This document shows positions 36,072 through 43,768 of a DNA stretch of 54,790 bases, in pieces. A program made the translations under genes and the position numbers. The first letter of the stretch is position 1. Each line of letters starts with the position of its first letter. This stretch comes from Thermoplasmata archaeon (GTDB lineage Archaea; Thermoplasmatota; Thermoplasmata; Lutacidiplasmatales; UBA184), in NCBI GenBank assembly GCA_050749685.1, contig JBOGRS010000003.1:1-54790 (forward strand). Direction: 5' to 3'. Below the pieces are notes generated by a model that was given only the letters and a program-made list of their open reading frames with translations, ran no database searches and was not told where the DNA came from.

Positions 36072-37418
36072 TTAGCCCGAGCCGGCTCCGGGAGACGGAA
36101 CCGGCCGCCCACGGACGAAGTCGTCCAGGACCTGGGCCATCCCGCCGCCGAGGTCGTCGTAGTCATAGCGGACGTTCACGATCGGTCGGTCGATATGCAC
36201 GACGGACGCGAGATCGACCGGACTCCCGTCGACCACGAGTTCGGCGGACGACCGGCGGATCGTCTCCTCGAGCTCCTTCACCTGCTCGGGGCCGTAGCCC
36301 ATCGAGGGGAGGATATCGTGGAGGTGAGGGTACTGCTCGTAGACCTTGGCGATCGACCCGACCGCCGAAGCGCGGGCGTCCACGATGACGGCGCCGTGGG
36401 CGCGCGCCATCAGGAGGCCGGCGCCAAAACCGAGTCCTCCGTGCGTCACGGTGGGACCGTCCTCGACGACGATCGCCCGGCGGCCCCTCAGACGCTCGGG
36501 ATCGTCCGCGGAGAGCCTCAGGCCGGCGCGCAGGACCTTCGCGCGCGGGTTCACGAGCGCGGCGTTCTTCTCGATCGCCACGACGTCCTCGGGGCGGGCC
36601 GAGTCCGTCTTGCTCACGACCACGACATCGGCCATGCGGAAGTTCGCTTCGCCCGGGTAGTACGAGAGCTCGTGGCCGGCACGGAACGGGTCGGCCACGA
36701 CGAGCTGGAGGTCGGGGCGGTAGAACGGCAGGTCGTTGTTCCCGCCGTCCCAGAGGACGACATCGGCCTCCTTCTCGGCGGCACGGAGGATCGGTTCGTA
36801 GTCGACGCCCGCGAAGACGACCACCCCCTCGCGCAGGTGCGGCTCGTACTCCTCGCGCTCCTCGATCGTGCAGCGGGCGCGGTCGAGGTCCTCGAGGGTC
36901 GCGAACCGTTGGACCGCCTGGGCCGCGAGGTCGCCGTACGGCATCGGGTGGCGCACGATGGCGACGCGGCGACCGTGGTCGCGTAGGTAACGGCTCACGA
37001 ACCGCGTGAGCGGGCTCTTGCCCGACCCGGTGCGCACGGCGCAGACGCTCACCACGGGGCGGATCGAACGCAGCATCGTCGCCGTCGGGCCGGCGAGCTC
37101 GAAGCTCGCGCCGGCGGCCAGCGCGATCGACGCCTTGTGCATCACCTCCGCGTAGGGGAGGTCCGAGTAGGCGAGCTGGACCCGTTCGACGTTCTCGCGG
37201 CGGACCAGGTCGGGCATCTCCGACTCCGGGACGATCGGGATCCCGTCCGGGTAACCCGGTCCGGCGAGGACGGCGGGATAGACGCGCCCGGCGATGTTCG
37301 GGATCTGCGCGGCCGTGAACGCGACCACCTCGTACTCCGGCCGGCCGCGGAAGAGGACGTTGAAGTTGTGGAAGTCACGGCCGGCCGCCCCCAGGATGAC
37401 TACGCGACGGCGCTCCAT
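36072..37418 (-). CDS. COG2403-family P-loop protein (predicted GTPase / cyclic 2,3-diphosphoglycerate synthetase-like)
   Basis: The N-terminus VVILGAAGRDFHNFNVLFRGRPEYEVVAFTAAQIP and the P-loop CAVRTGSGKSPLT match this family as I remember it. The family assignment is from memory, not a search. Confidence 0.65.
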   Translation of the reverse strand: MERRRVVILGAAGRDFHNFNVLFRGRPEYEVVAFTAAQIPNIAGRVYPAVLAGPGYPDGIPIVPESEMPDLVRRENVERVQLAYSDLPYAEVMHKASIALAAGASFELAGPTATMLRSIRPVVSVCAVRTGSGKSPLTRFVSRYLRDHGRRVAIVRHPMPYGDLAAQAVQRFATLEDLDRARCTIEEREEYEPHLREGVVVFAGVDYEPILRAAEKEADVVLWDGGNNDLPFYRPDLQLVVADPFRAGHELSYYPGEANFRMADVVVVSKTDSARPEDVVAIEKNAALVNPRAKVLRAGLRLSADDPERLRGRRAIVVEDGPTVTHGGLGFGAGLLMARAHGAVIVDARASAVGSIAKVYEQYPHLHDILPSMGYGPEQVKELEETIRRSSAELVVDGSPVDLASVVHIDRPIVNVRYDYDDLGGGMAQVLDDFVRGRPVPSPGAGSG

Positions 37419-37541
37419 GGTCGCGTCAGGCCCCCGGACGCCATAAATAGCCCCGGTCCAACCGGGTCCGCCCTCGCTCCCCGACGCTCTCCCGTCCGGG
37501 CCGTCTCCCGACCGGGGGGGGCGGATCGGTGGGACGCCCCA

Positions 37542-38567
37542 TCACCCGGCGACCGTCCACGCGGGAGCACCGGCGCTCTCGGCCTCGCGCGAGAAGTGCG
37601 CGAGCGCCGCGGCGACCGCATCCGGCTCCTCGAACGGGGCGAGATGCGCCGCGTCCTCGATCCACGCCCATCCCTTGCGAGGAGCGTCGAGGACGCGAAG
37701 GTACTCGCGCGCGAGGTCGGGGTCGCAGATCCGGTCGTAGCGTCCCGCGACGAAGTAGGTCGGGATGAGAAGGCGGGTGACCCGTCGGGCCATGTCGATC
37801 GTCGCCGCCTCGGAAAGGAGCGTCTCGACGCTGAACCGCTCCCCCCTCCTCCAGCGTCCCAGGTCGAGGAGGGTGTACTCGCGAAGGTGGAGCAGCGTGT
37901 CCCGTGCGATCGCTCGGTCGCTCACGGTACGGTATCGGCCTCCGAATCGCGCGACCGCGCCACGGAGGGTCCTATGGGCCGTCCGGGTGGTGTGCGGGAG
38001 AGGCCCGATCCCCTCGAGCGCTCGTCGCGTCCGCGCGTCCCTGCGCCGCCCCGCCTCGGCGAGAGCCCAGTCGTACATGCGGCGTTCGCTCTCGGCCGGC
38101 TCGACCACCTGGCCGATCCCGACGTAGGCCGTGAAGAGCTCGGGCGCCCGCTGCGCGGCGAGCAGTCCGATGATCGTACCGAACGAATGGGCGGCGAGGA
38201 CGATCCTCTCTCGGCCGAACGTCTCCGCCAACCAACGGCTGAGCTCGATCGTGTCCTCCACGAGCTGCCCCAAGGTCATCGAGCTTCGCGGAACCGCCGC
38301 CGAGTACGAGAGCCCCGCGCCGCGCTGATCCCAGTTCGCCACGACGAACGCTCGCTCGAGCTCGGCCTGGTGGCGACGCGCGTTGAGGATCTCCGCGTCC
38401 CCCGGTCCGCCGTGCAGGTAGAGCAGGACGGGCTCGTTCCGGTCGATCCCGCGGATCAACACGGCCTGGGCGACCCCACCGACCTGCCGGAAGGTGAGCG
38501 ACGCGACGCTCCCCTCGATCGGACGACCCCCCCGGTCGAGAAAACGAGGGGTGGACCGGCGGAACAT
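37542..38567 (-). CDS. Alpha/beta hydrolase, prolyl-aminopeptidase (S33)-like
   Basis: LLYLHGGPG motif, nucleophile elbow AAHSFGT, and C-terminal DAAHLAPFEEP. Confidence 0.8.
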   Translation of the reverse strand: MFRRSTPRFLDRGGRPIEGSVASLTFRQVGGVAQAVLIRGIDRNEPVLLYLHGGPGDAEILNARRHQAELERAFVVANWDQRGAGLSYSAAVPRSSMTLGQLVEDTIELSRWLAETFGRERIVLAAHSFGTIIGLLAAQRAPELFTAYVGIGQVVEPAESERRMYDWALAEAGRRRDARTRRALEGIGPLPHTTRTAHRTLRGAVARFGGRYRTVSDRAIARDTLLHLREYTLLDLGRWRRGERFSVETLLSEAATIDMARRVTRLLIPTYFVAGRYDRICDPDLAREYLRVLDAPRKGWAWIEDAAHLAPFEEPDAVAAALAHFSREAESAGAPAWTVAG

Positions 38568-38699
38568 CCGCGGGGGCCAACCCGTGACCCGCGATAAGGC
38601 CGCGGCCCTCCGACGGGCGCTCGTGCGCTCGCGAAGGGCGTCCGGCGGGGCGAGAGACGGCGGACAAGACTATTTCAAGGGGAAAGACGACCTACCCTC

Positions 38700-39491
38700 G
38701 TGGCCCAAACTCCCGAGGCCGCCGGACCACCGGGTGGGTCTGCGACGTCCCTGGACCCGTCCGGCCACCGGCTCACCGAGCCCGAAGCGATCCTCGTGTT
38801 TGGGGCCCCTCGGCGCGCGCTCAACCTGCTCGCCTTCGGCTGGGCCAACCGCGTCGACCGGCTCTTCGCGTGGCTCGAGGTGGGCGCCCCGGAGACGGCG
38901 ACCGATGTCGACAGCCTCGCCCCGCTGATCCCTCCGGAGCGCCGCCTGGACGTGCGGGACGCCCACGACCTCCTGCCCGACGCGGCCGCTTCGAATCTCG
39001 CGCTCTTCACCCTCCTGCGACCGGAGTCCGCCACCGACGATCTCTCGAGGATCACCGACTTCCTCACGCTCCCCTTGCCGGTCCAGGAGTTGGTGAGCCG
39101 GATCCGTCAGAACGCCCTCCCCGGAGCCATCGTGATCACGAACGTCGATCGGCTGGCTTCGACGCTGAAGTTGCCGGCGGCGGAGATCCTGCACTTCCTC
39201 ACCGTCCTGAAGCGAGAGCATCTCACCCTCATCGTCACGTCGGGCTCGGAGACGCACCCGTTGGACGACGTCGTGGCCGCGTTCGACCGAGTCTACCAGG
39301 TGAGCGACCCGGGAGGGCTGGGATGGCTCGACGCCCAGGTCGGCGCCGCGGGAGGACACCGGCCACCCGACCTTCCGGAGGGGAGGACCGTTCCCCTGCG
39401 CCGTTCGCCGGTCTACCAGGAAGCGATCGAATCGGTGCGGCTCCACGACCTGCGCCTCGCCGGCCAGCTATCCTGGCGTGTCCCGGTGTAG
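38700..39491 (+). CDS. Hypothetical protein (263 aa), possibly a degenerate RecA/KaiC-like alpha/beta fold without a Walker A motif
   Basis: ORF with G/C-rich third positions. TATA-like CTATTTCAAG lies about 20 nt upstream of GTG 38700. The beta-strand-like segments ILVFGAP, AIVITNVDRL and LTLIVTSG recall RecA-superfamily strands, but no GxxGxGK[ST] is present. Confidence 0.55.
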   Translation: MAQTPEAAGPPGGSATSLDPSGHRLTEPEAILVFGAPRRALNLLAFGWANRVDRLFAWLEVGAPETATDVDSLAPLIPPERRLDVRDAHDLLPDAAASNLALFTLLRPESATDDLSRITDFLTLPLPVQELVSRIRQNALPGAIVITNVDRLASTLKLPAAEILHFLTVLKREHLTLIVTSGSETHPLDDVVAAFDRVYQVSDPGGLGWLDAQVGAAGGHRPPDLPEGRTVPLRRSPVYQEAIESVRLHDLRLAGQLSWRVPV

Positions 39492-39548
39492 CCGTCGCAC
39501 GGACGCGGCCAGCAAAGCCTATAGCTCGGGGGCGGGCATGGCGCCGCC

Positions 39549-40004
39549 GTGATCGAGGAGGCCCTCGACCCGATCCTTATCCAGGTGACCGTACCGCTCC
39601 CGATCCCGATGATCTACGCGGCGTTCGTCGACCCGCACCACCTGAAAGGCTGGATGTGCGATGCGGCGTCGATCGAGCCGAACGTGGGTGGCCGCTACGA
39701 GGTGGGATGGAACGAGCCCCGGTTCACCTCGTCCGGACGGATCACCCGCATGACGCCCGACGTCGATCTCGGCTACACGTGGATCGCTCCCGAGCCGTAT
39801 TCGCACCTGATGAACGACCCCGACGCCAAGACGGGCATCTACGTCCGCTTGCAGGAATCGCCCGAAGGGATTGACGTGACGCTCGAGCACGCCGGCTGGG
39901 GCGCGGGCGAGGCATGGGAGGACGCGCGCTCCTGGCACTTCCACCTGTGGGACGATCGCCTCCACCGGTTGAAGGACTACCTCCTCAAGGTCGCTTACGG
40001 TTGA
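39549..40004 (+). CDS. SRPBCC-superfamily protein (AHSA1/START-like)
   Basis: IYAAFVDPHHLKGWMCDAASIEPNVGGRYEVGW... is typical of the Aha1-like SRPBCC domain. The length is 151 aa. Confidence 0.75.
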   Translation: MIEEALDPILIQVTVPLPIPMIYAAFVDPHHLKGWMCDAASIEPNVGGRYEVGWNEPRFTSSGRITRMTPDVDLGYTWIAPEPYSHLMNDPDAKTGIYVRLQESPEGIDVTLEHAGWGAGEAWEDARSWHFHLWDDRLHRLKDYLLKVAYG

Positions 40005-41679
40005 TGTTCGGCGGCCCCGAGACCGGGGGAGACTGCGCTTGCATTTCCTTGAGGTAGCGGCGTAACGGCATCGGCGGGACGGCCTTACGGCGACGGCGCG
40101 ACCTCGTCCACACGGCGACGCCGAGCGCCGCCAGCGTGGCCGACAGCAAGCCCTCCAGCGCGGCCGTTCCGTAGTCGGCCCACGGCGAGGCGGGTGAAGG
40201 GCGCACGTCGATGCTCACGACCGACTGGCCCCACGCCCCGACCTGGTCGACCCGGGCGGTCAGGGCGACGCTCCCGGAGGTCGAGGGAACAAGAACGTCG
40301 ACGGTGATCGTCCCGTCCGTCCCGGTGCTTCCATATCCCGGCTGGGCCGACGCCGTTCCCGTTCTCGCCTCGACCGCGAAGGTCAGCTGGATGCCGCCCA
40401 CGGGCGCCCCGGTCGCATTCGTCGCGCGGAACGTGACCGTGACGTGCCGACCGGGGGCGGTCGAAGGCTGCGCCGGGTCCGCGCTGAGGAACACCTGCTG
40501 GGGCGGGGTGAGCGACAGGGCGAGGTACGCGCTCCCGACGTAGCCGAAGAGGGTGACGGTGGCGCGGATCCGGTCGGACGCCGTTTGGGAGACGTTGGGC
40601 GTCTCGAAGAGGGTGGTGCCGGACCCGGTCGGGTCCGTCCGAACACTGGTGGGGGCGAACGTCCCGTGGAGGATGTCGGCGAGGAAGACCGTGACCGACG
40701 GGAGGGGGGAGCCGGCGAGCGTGCGGACGCTCACGTTCACCAGCAACGGGGAGGTCCCGACCACGGTCGGAAACGGGGTGGTGATGGCGACCACGGTACC
40801 GACGGTGCCGCCGGTCCATAGGGCGGTCCCGGTCGTCACGTTCCCCACCGTCGAGCCGGTCTCGAGTTCCCCAGGGGCGAGCGTGCCCCGCTGGAGGCGG
40901 CCCTGCACCCCCCACTGGGACCCGCCCCCGCCGATGTAGCTCGCCCGGGCGATCGTCGGGAGGTACCAGCCCCCCGGTCGCCGGAGGGCGAAGGCGAGGG
41001 GCACGTTCAGGATCGCCGGGACCGTCGAGGTCGACGCGTAGATGGCGACCTCGGAGAAGCTGATGCTCGTGAGCCACGTGGCGTCGGGGGCGCCGAAGTC
41101 GAAGGTCGCCGTCGACGCGTTGCCGCCGAAGAGCGCCGAGTTCACCGTGAGCGTCCAGTTCGTTCCGTTCGCGCGGGTCAGCTCGAAGTCGTACGCCTCC
41201 CCGGTGATCAGCGGAAGGCTCGTCCAATACCCCAAATGGACGTTCTGATTGGTCTGGTTCGCGAACACGGAGAAGAACGCCGTGGGAGGCGTCAAGGTGT
41301 TCTCGAAGATCCCGAAGACCGCCTGGTAGGCCCCGATCCCCTCCTCGATCGACGCCTGGAAGGAGGAGTCGGACGGGACGATGGTCGATGGGAAGTCGGT
41401 GAGGTTCATGCGCAACCCATCGTTCGGCACGGACGCGGCGTCCGAGGTGTTGATCAGCACGCGACCCTGGCCCCCCGCGGCGAGGGGGTCGGTCGGCATG
41501 GCCGCGGGGCCGGTCACGACGGTGCCGGCGAGGAGCGCGGCGGCCCCCGGGCCGCCGACGGACGACCCGAACGGATCGATCGGGCGCATGGCGACGGGGA
41601 GGGAAGGGAGCGCAAGGAGGGCGGCGAGGAGGAGGGGAAGGGCGAGCGAACGCGGGCGAACGACCGGACCCCGCCGCAT
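39985..41679 (-). CDS. Surface protein (about 565 aa): signal peptide, beta-rich ectodomain with C-terminal Big_1/invasin-like Ig domain, TM anchor
   Basis: ORF 39985..41730. ATG 41679 is preferred (MRRGPVVRPRSLALPLLLAALLALPSLPVA) because TATA-like AAAGAGTATT (41704-41713) lies 24 nt upstream of it. The Ig-like segment is VTVTFRATNATGAPVGGIQLTFAVE...TDGTITVDVLVPSTSGSVALTARV. TM: LSATLAALGVAVWTRSRRRRK. Confidence 0.75.
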   Translation of the reverse strand: MRRGPVVRPRSLALPLLLAALLALPSLPVAMRPIDPFGSSVGGPGAAALLAGTVVTGPAAMPTDPLAAGGQGRVLINTSDAASVPNDGLRMNLTDFPSTIVPSDSSFQASIEEGIGAYQAVFGIFENTLTPPTAFFSVFANQTNQNVHLGYWTSLPLITGEAYDFELTRANGTNWTLTVNSALFGGNASTATFDFGAPDATWLTSISFSEVAIYASTSTVPAILNVPLAFALRRPGGWYLPTIARASYIGGGGSQWGVQGRLQRGTLAPGELETGSTVGNVTTGTALWTGGTVGTVVAITTPFPTVVGTSPLLVNVSVRTLAGSPLPSVTVFLADILHGTFAPTSVRTDPTGSGTTLFETPNVSQTASDRIRATVTLFGYVGSAYLALSLTPPQQVFLSADPAQPSTAPGRHVTVTFRATNATGAPVGGIQLTFAVEARTGTASAQPGYGSTGTDGTITVDVLVPSTSGSVALTARVDQVGAWGQSVVSIDVRPSPASPWADYGTAALEGLLSATLAALGVAVWTRSRRRRKAVPPMPLRRYLKEMQAQSPPVSGPPNINRKRP

Positions 41680-41748
41680 CCCCCGGACAAGGGGCGAGCG
41701 TCCAATACTCTTTACGATGCCCCACGGCACGGGAGTTCGTCCCGTCCG

Positions 41749-41937
41749 TCAGAGGGCGGGCGTGAACCGGGCGCACGCTGCCTCGCCGCAGACCGCGCAG
41801 GGAGCCGCGACCTCGAGCCGAAAGCCCCCGGCGTCGGTCAACGGGCCCACCCTCATGTGGCTCGTCGGGTAGTGGCCGCACCGGCATCGATTGCGCGCCG
41901 GCTCGGACGCCGCCGCGCTCTCGCCCTTCGTCGGCAT
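41749..41937 (-). CDS. Small Cys-rich protein (62 aa), putative metal-binding
   Basis: Hidden in the 3' part of spurious ORF 41749..42699. Sequence: MPTKGESAAASEPARNRCRCGHYPTSHMRVGPLTDAGGFRLEVAAPCAVCGEAACARFTPAL. Third positions are almost all G/C. T-rich CCTTTTTTG lies 23 nt upstream of ATG 41937. Confidence 0.4.
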   Translation of the reverse strand: MPTKGESAAASEPARNRCRCGHYPTSHMRVGPLTDAGGFRLEVAAPCAVCGEAACARFTPAL

Positions 41938-42027
41938 CGGCCGCAGGGACCCGGGACGGGCAAAAAAGGCTGCCGTCGCGCACGGCCGGAGGGAATCCCC
42001 TAAGTCCGCCCTCGCCTCCACCGTCCC

Positions 42028-42726
42028 ATGGACGTCGAGGGCTGTATGCTCCCGGACGACCTCCTCTACCACCTCGAGTACGACGTCTGGGTGCGGCGTG
42101 CTCCCGGCGACCCCGGGACTGCCCTGCTCGGTCTCACGGCGGTGCTCGCGGCGTTCGCCGGGCGTTTCGTCTCGTTCGCGTTCCGGCCCCCCGAGGCGCG
42201 GGTTTCCGCCGGGCGGAGCGTCGGGACGGTGGAAAGCGTGAGGTTCACGGGAGCGGTCCGCCTCCCCGTCGACGGGACGATCGTGGAGCGCAATCCCGCG
42301 CTCCCCGAACGGCCCCGCCTCATGAACGACGACCCCTACCACGACGGTTGGGTGGTGAGGTTCCGGCCCGACGACCTCGCCGCGCTCGATCGATCGCTCG
42401 TGACCTCGACGTTCGCCGAACCGCACGTCCGCGAGAGGATCCGGCGCGAAGGGATCCGGTGCTACGCCGCCCTCCCCGACCTCGAGCTCTACGAGATCGG
42501 GGCCGAATGCTCCGCCATCCTCGCCCGCGTCGACGACGAGCTCGCCCGCCGCCCGCCGAACGACGTGCTGCTTCTCGTGACGGACGATCCGACGAGCCCG
42601 ATCGAACTCGTGCGTTGGTCCGACCGGACCGGCCACACCGTCCTCGAGCACCGCCGGGACGCCGGCCTCCACCACTTCCTCCTTCGGAAGGAGGCCCATC
42701 CCGTGCCGCGCCGGCGCGGGGCGTAG
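42028..42726 (+). CDS. Fusion protein: GcvH-like domain (lipoyl-Lys replaced by Arg) + TusA-like sulfur-carrier domain
   Basis: The N-terminal half aligns by eye with glycine-cleavage H (MLPDDLLYHLEYDVWV...GTVESVRFTGAVRLPVDGTIVERNPAL...MNDDPYHDGWVVRF). ESVRF stands where GcvH has ESVKA. The C-terminal half aligns with E. coli TusA (GAECSAILARV...LLLVTDDPTSPIELVRWSDRTGHTVL...HHFLLRK versus GLRCPEPVMMV...[26 protein letters not shown]...YRYLIRK). An alternative start is ATG 42046. Confidence 0.75.
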   Translation: MDVEGCMLPDDLLYHLEYDVWVRRAPGDPGTALLGLTAVLAAFAGRFVSFAFRPPEARVSAGRSVGTVESVRFTGAVRLPVDGTIVERNPALPERPRLMNDDPYHDGWVVRFRPDDLAALDRSLVTSTFAEPHVRERIRREGIRCYAALPDLELYEIGAECSAILARVDDELARRPPNDVLLLVTDDPTSPIELVRWSDRTGHTVLEHRRDAGLHHFLLRKEAHPVPRRRGA

Positions 42727-42762
42727 AGGCCGGGCGCGCCCGAGAGGGTGACGAGCGCGGGA

Positions 42763-43620
42763 TTACGGCTTTTCGATCGGGCTGCGGACGAGGTTGCCCC
42801 ACTCCGTCCACGAACCGTCATAGTTGCGGACGTCGTCGAACCCGAGCAGGTAGCGCAGGACGAACCAGGTGTGGCTCGAGCGCTCTCCGATGCGGCAGTA
42901 CGTGATCACGGGCTTCCCGCGGATGATCCCCTTCGCCCGGTAGATCGCCTCGAGTTCGTCGCGGGACTTGAACGTCCCGTCATCGTTCACCGCCTGCGCC
43001 CACGGGACGTTGACGGCCCCGGGGATGTGGCCGCCCCGCTGGGCGTGCTCGGTCGGGTACTCGGGAGGCGCGGTGACCTCCCCCGAGAACTCCTTCGGTC
43101 CGCGCACGTCGACGAGACCGAGCGTCCCCGCCTTCACCTTCGGAAGCGACGCGTGCACCGACTCGAGGTAGGCCCGATGGCGCTCGTCGGGCACGGGGAG
43201 GGGGTAGGTGACCGTCGGGGGGGTCGCGGCCGCCTTCGTGAGAGGCCGGTCCTCGGCGATCCACTTCTTGCGGCCACCGTTCATCAACCGGACGTCGGCC
43301 ACGCCGTAGTACTTGAACACCCAGAAGGCGAAGGCCGCGAACCAGTTGTTGAAATCCCCGTACAGCACGAGGGTCGTCTCGGGGGCGACCCCTGAACGAC
43401 CGAAGAGCTTCGACAGGGCAGCGGGGGTTAGGATGTCCCGCCGCACCGGATCGTTGATGTCCTTGCGCCAGTCGAAGAGGACCGACCCGGGCACGTGGCC
43501 CATCTCGTAGTTGGCCGCCGGGTCGTAGTCGACCTCGGCGACGCGGACGTTCGGATCCCCCGTGTGACCGGCGACCCATTCGGTGTCGACGAGGACATCC
43601 GGTTCTGCGTAGCCGCTCAT
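42763..43620 (-). CDS. Two-domain rhodanese (thiosulfate/3-mercaptopyruvate sulfurtransferase)
   Basis: Active-site loop YCRIGERSSHTWFVLRYLLG, a two-rhodanese-domain layout, and a length of 285 aa. Confidence 0.9.
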   Translation of the reverse strand: MSGYAEPDVLVDTEWVAGHTGDPNVRVAEVDYDPAANYEMGHVPGSVLFDWRKDINDPVRRDILTPAALSKLFGRSGVAPETTLVLYGDFNNWFAAFAFWVFKYYGVADVRLMNGGRKKWIAEDRPLTKAAATPPTVTYPLPVPDERHRAYLESVHASLPKVKAGTLGLVDVRGPKEFSGEVTAPPEYPTEHAQRGGHIPGAVNVPWAQAVNDDGTFKSRDELEAIYRAKGIIRGKPVITYCRIGERSSHTWFVLRYLLGFDDVRNYDGSWTEWGNLVRSPIEKP

Positions 43621-43651
43621 CGTCTCCTCTCTTTCCCCTCACGCTCGCGGG

Positions 43652-43685
43652 AATATATGCGTGCCGAAGTGCGCATATTATGCGC
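43652..43685 (-). promoter_or_regulatory. Rhodanese promoter: TATA-like CATATATT plus an upstream perfect palindrome GCGCATA-N-TATGCGC
   Basis: AATATATG at 43652-43659 (plus strand) lies 31 nt upstream of ATG 43620. The 15-nt palindrome GCGCATATTATGCGC is at 43671-43685. This is the most A/T-rich patch in its neighbourhood. Confidence 0.4.
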
Positions 43686-43690
43686 TCACC

Positions 43691-43707
43691 GGCCCCTTTG
43701 CGGGGCC
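43691..43707 (-). terminator. Short GC hairpin downstream of the aSUI1 gene
   Basis: GGCCCC-TTTGC-GGGGCC, about 60 nt past the aSUI1 stop. There is no oligo-T tract, so support is weak. Confidence 0.25.
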
Positions 43708-43768
43708 TTCGAGGGCGTCGAAGCCGGGCTCCCCCGAGGGAGAGACGGGCGGATGGAGGGAGAGGGGT

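Noticed and set aside
40085-41983. 632-aa ORF 40085..41983 (-), overlapping 39985..41730 in another frame
   Set aside because: Its translation is Arg/Pro/Gly-rich with no signal or TM logic. The competing frame has a signal peptide, an Ig-like domain and a TM anchor. Only the separate 62-codon tail of ORF 41749..42699 was kept as a candidate.
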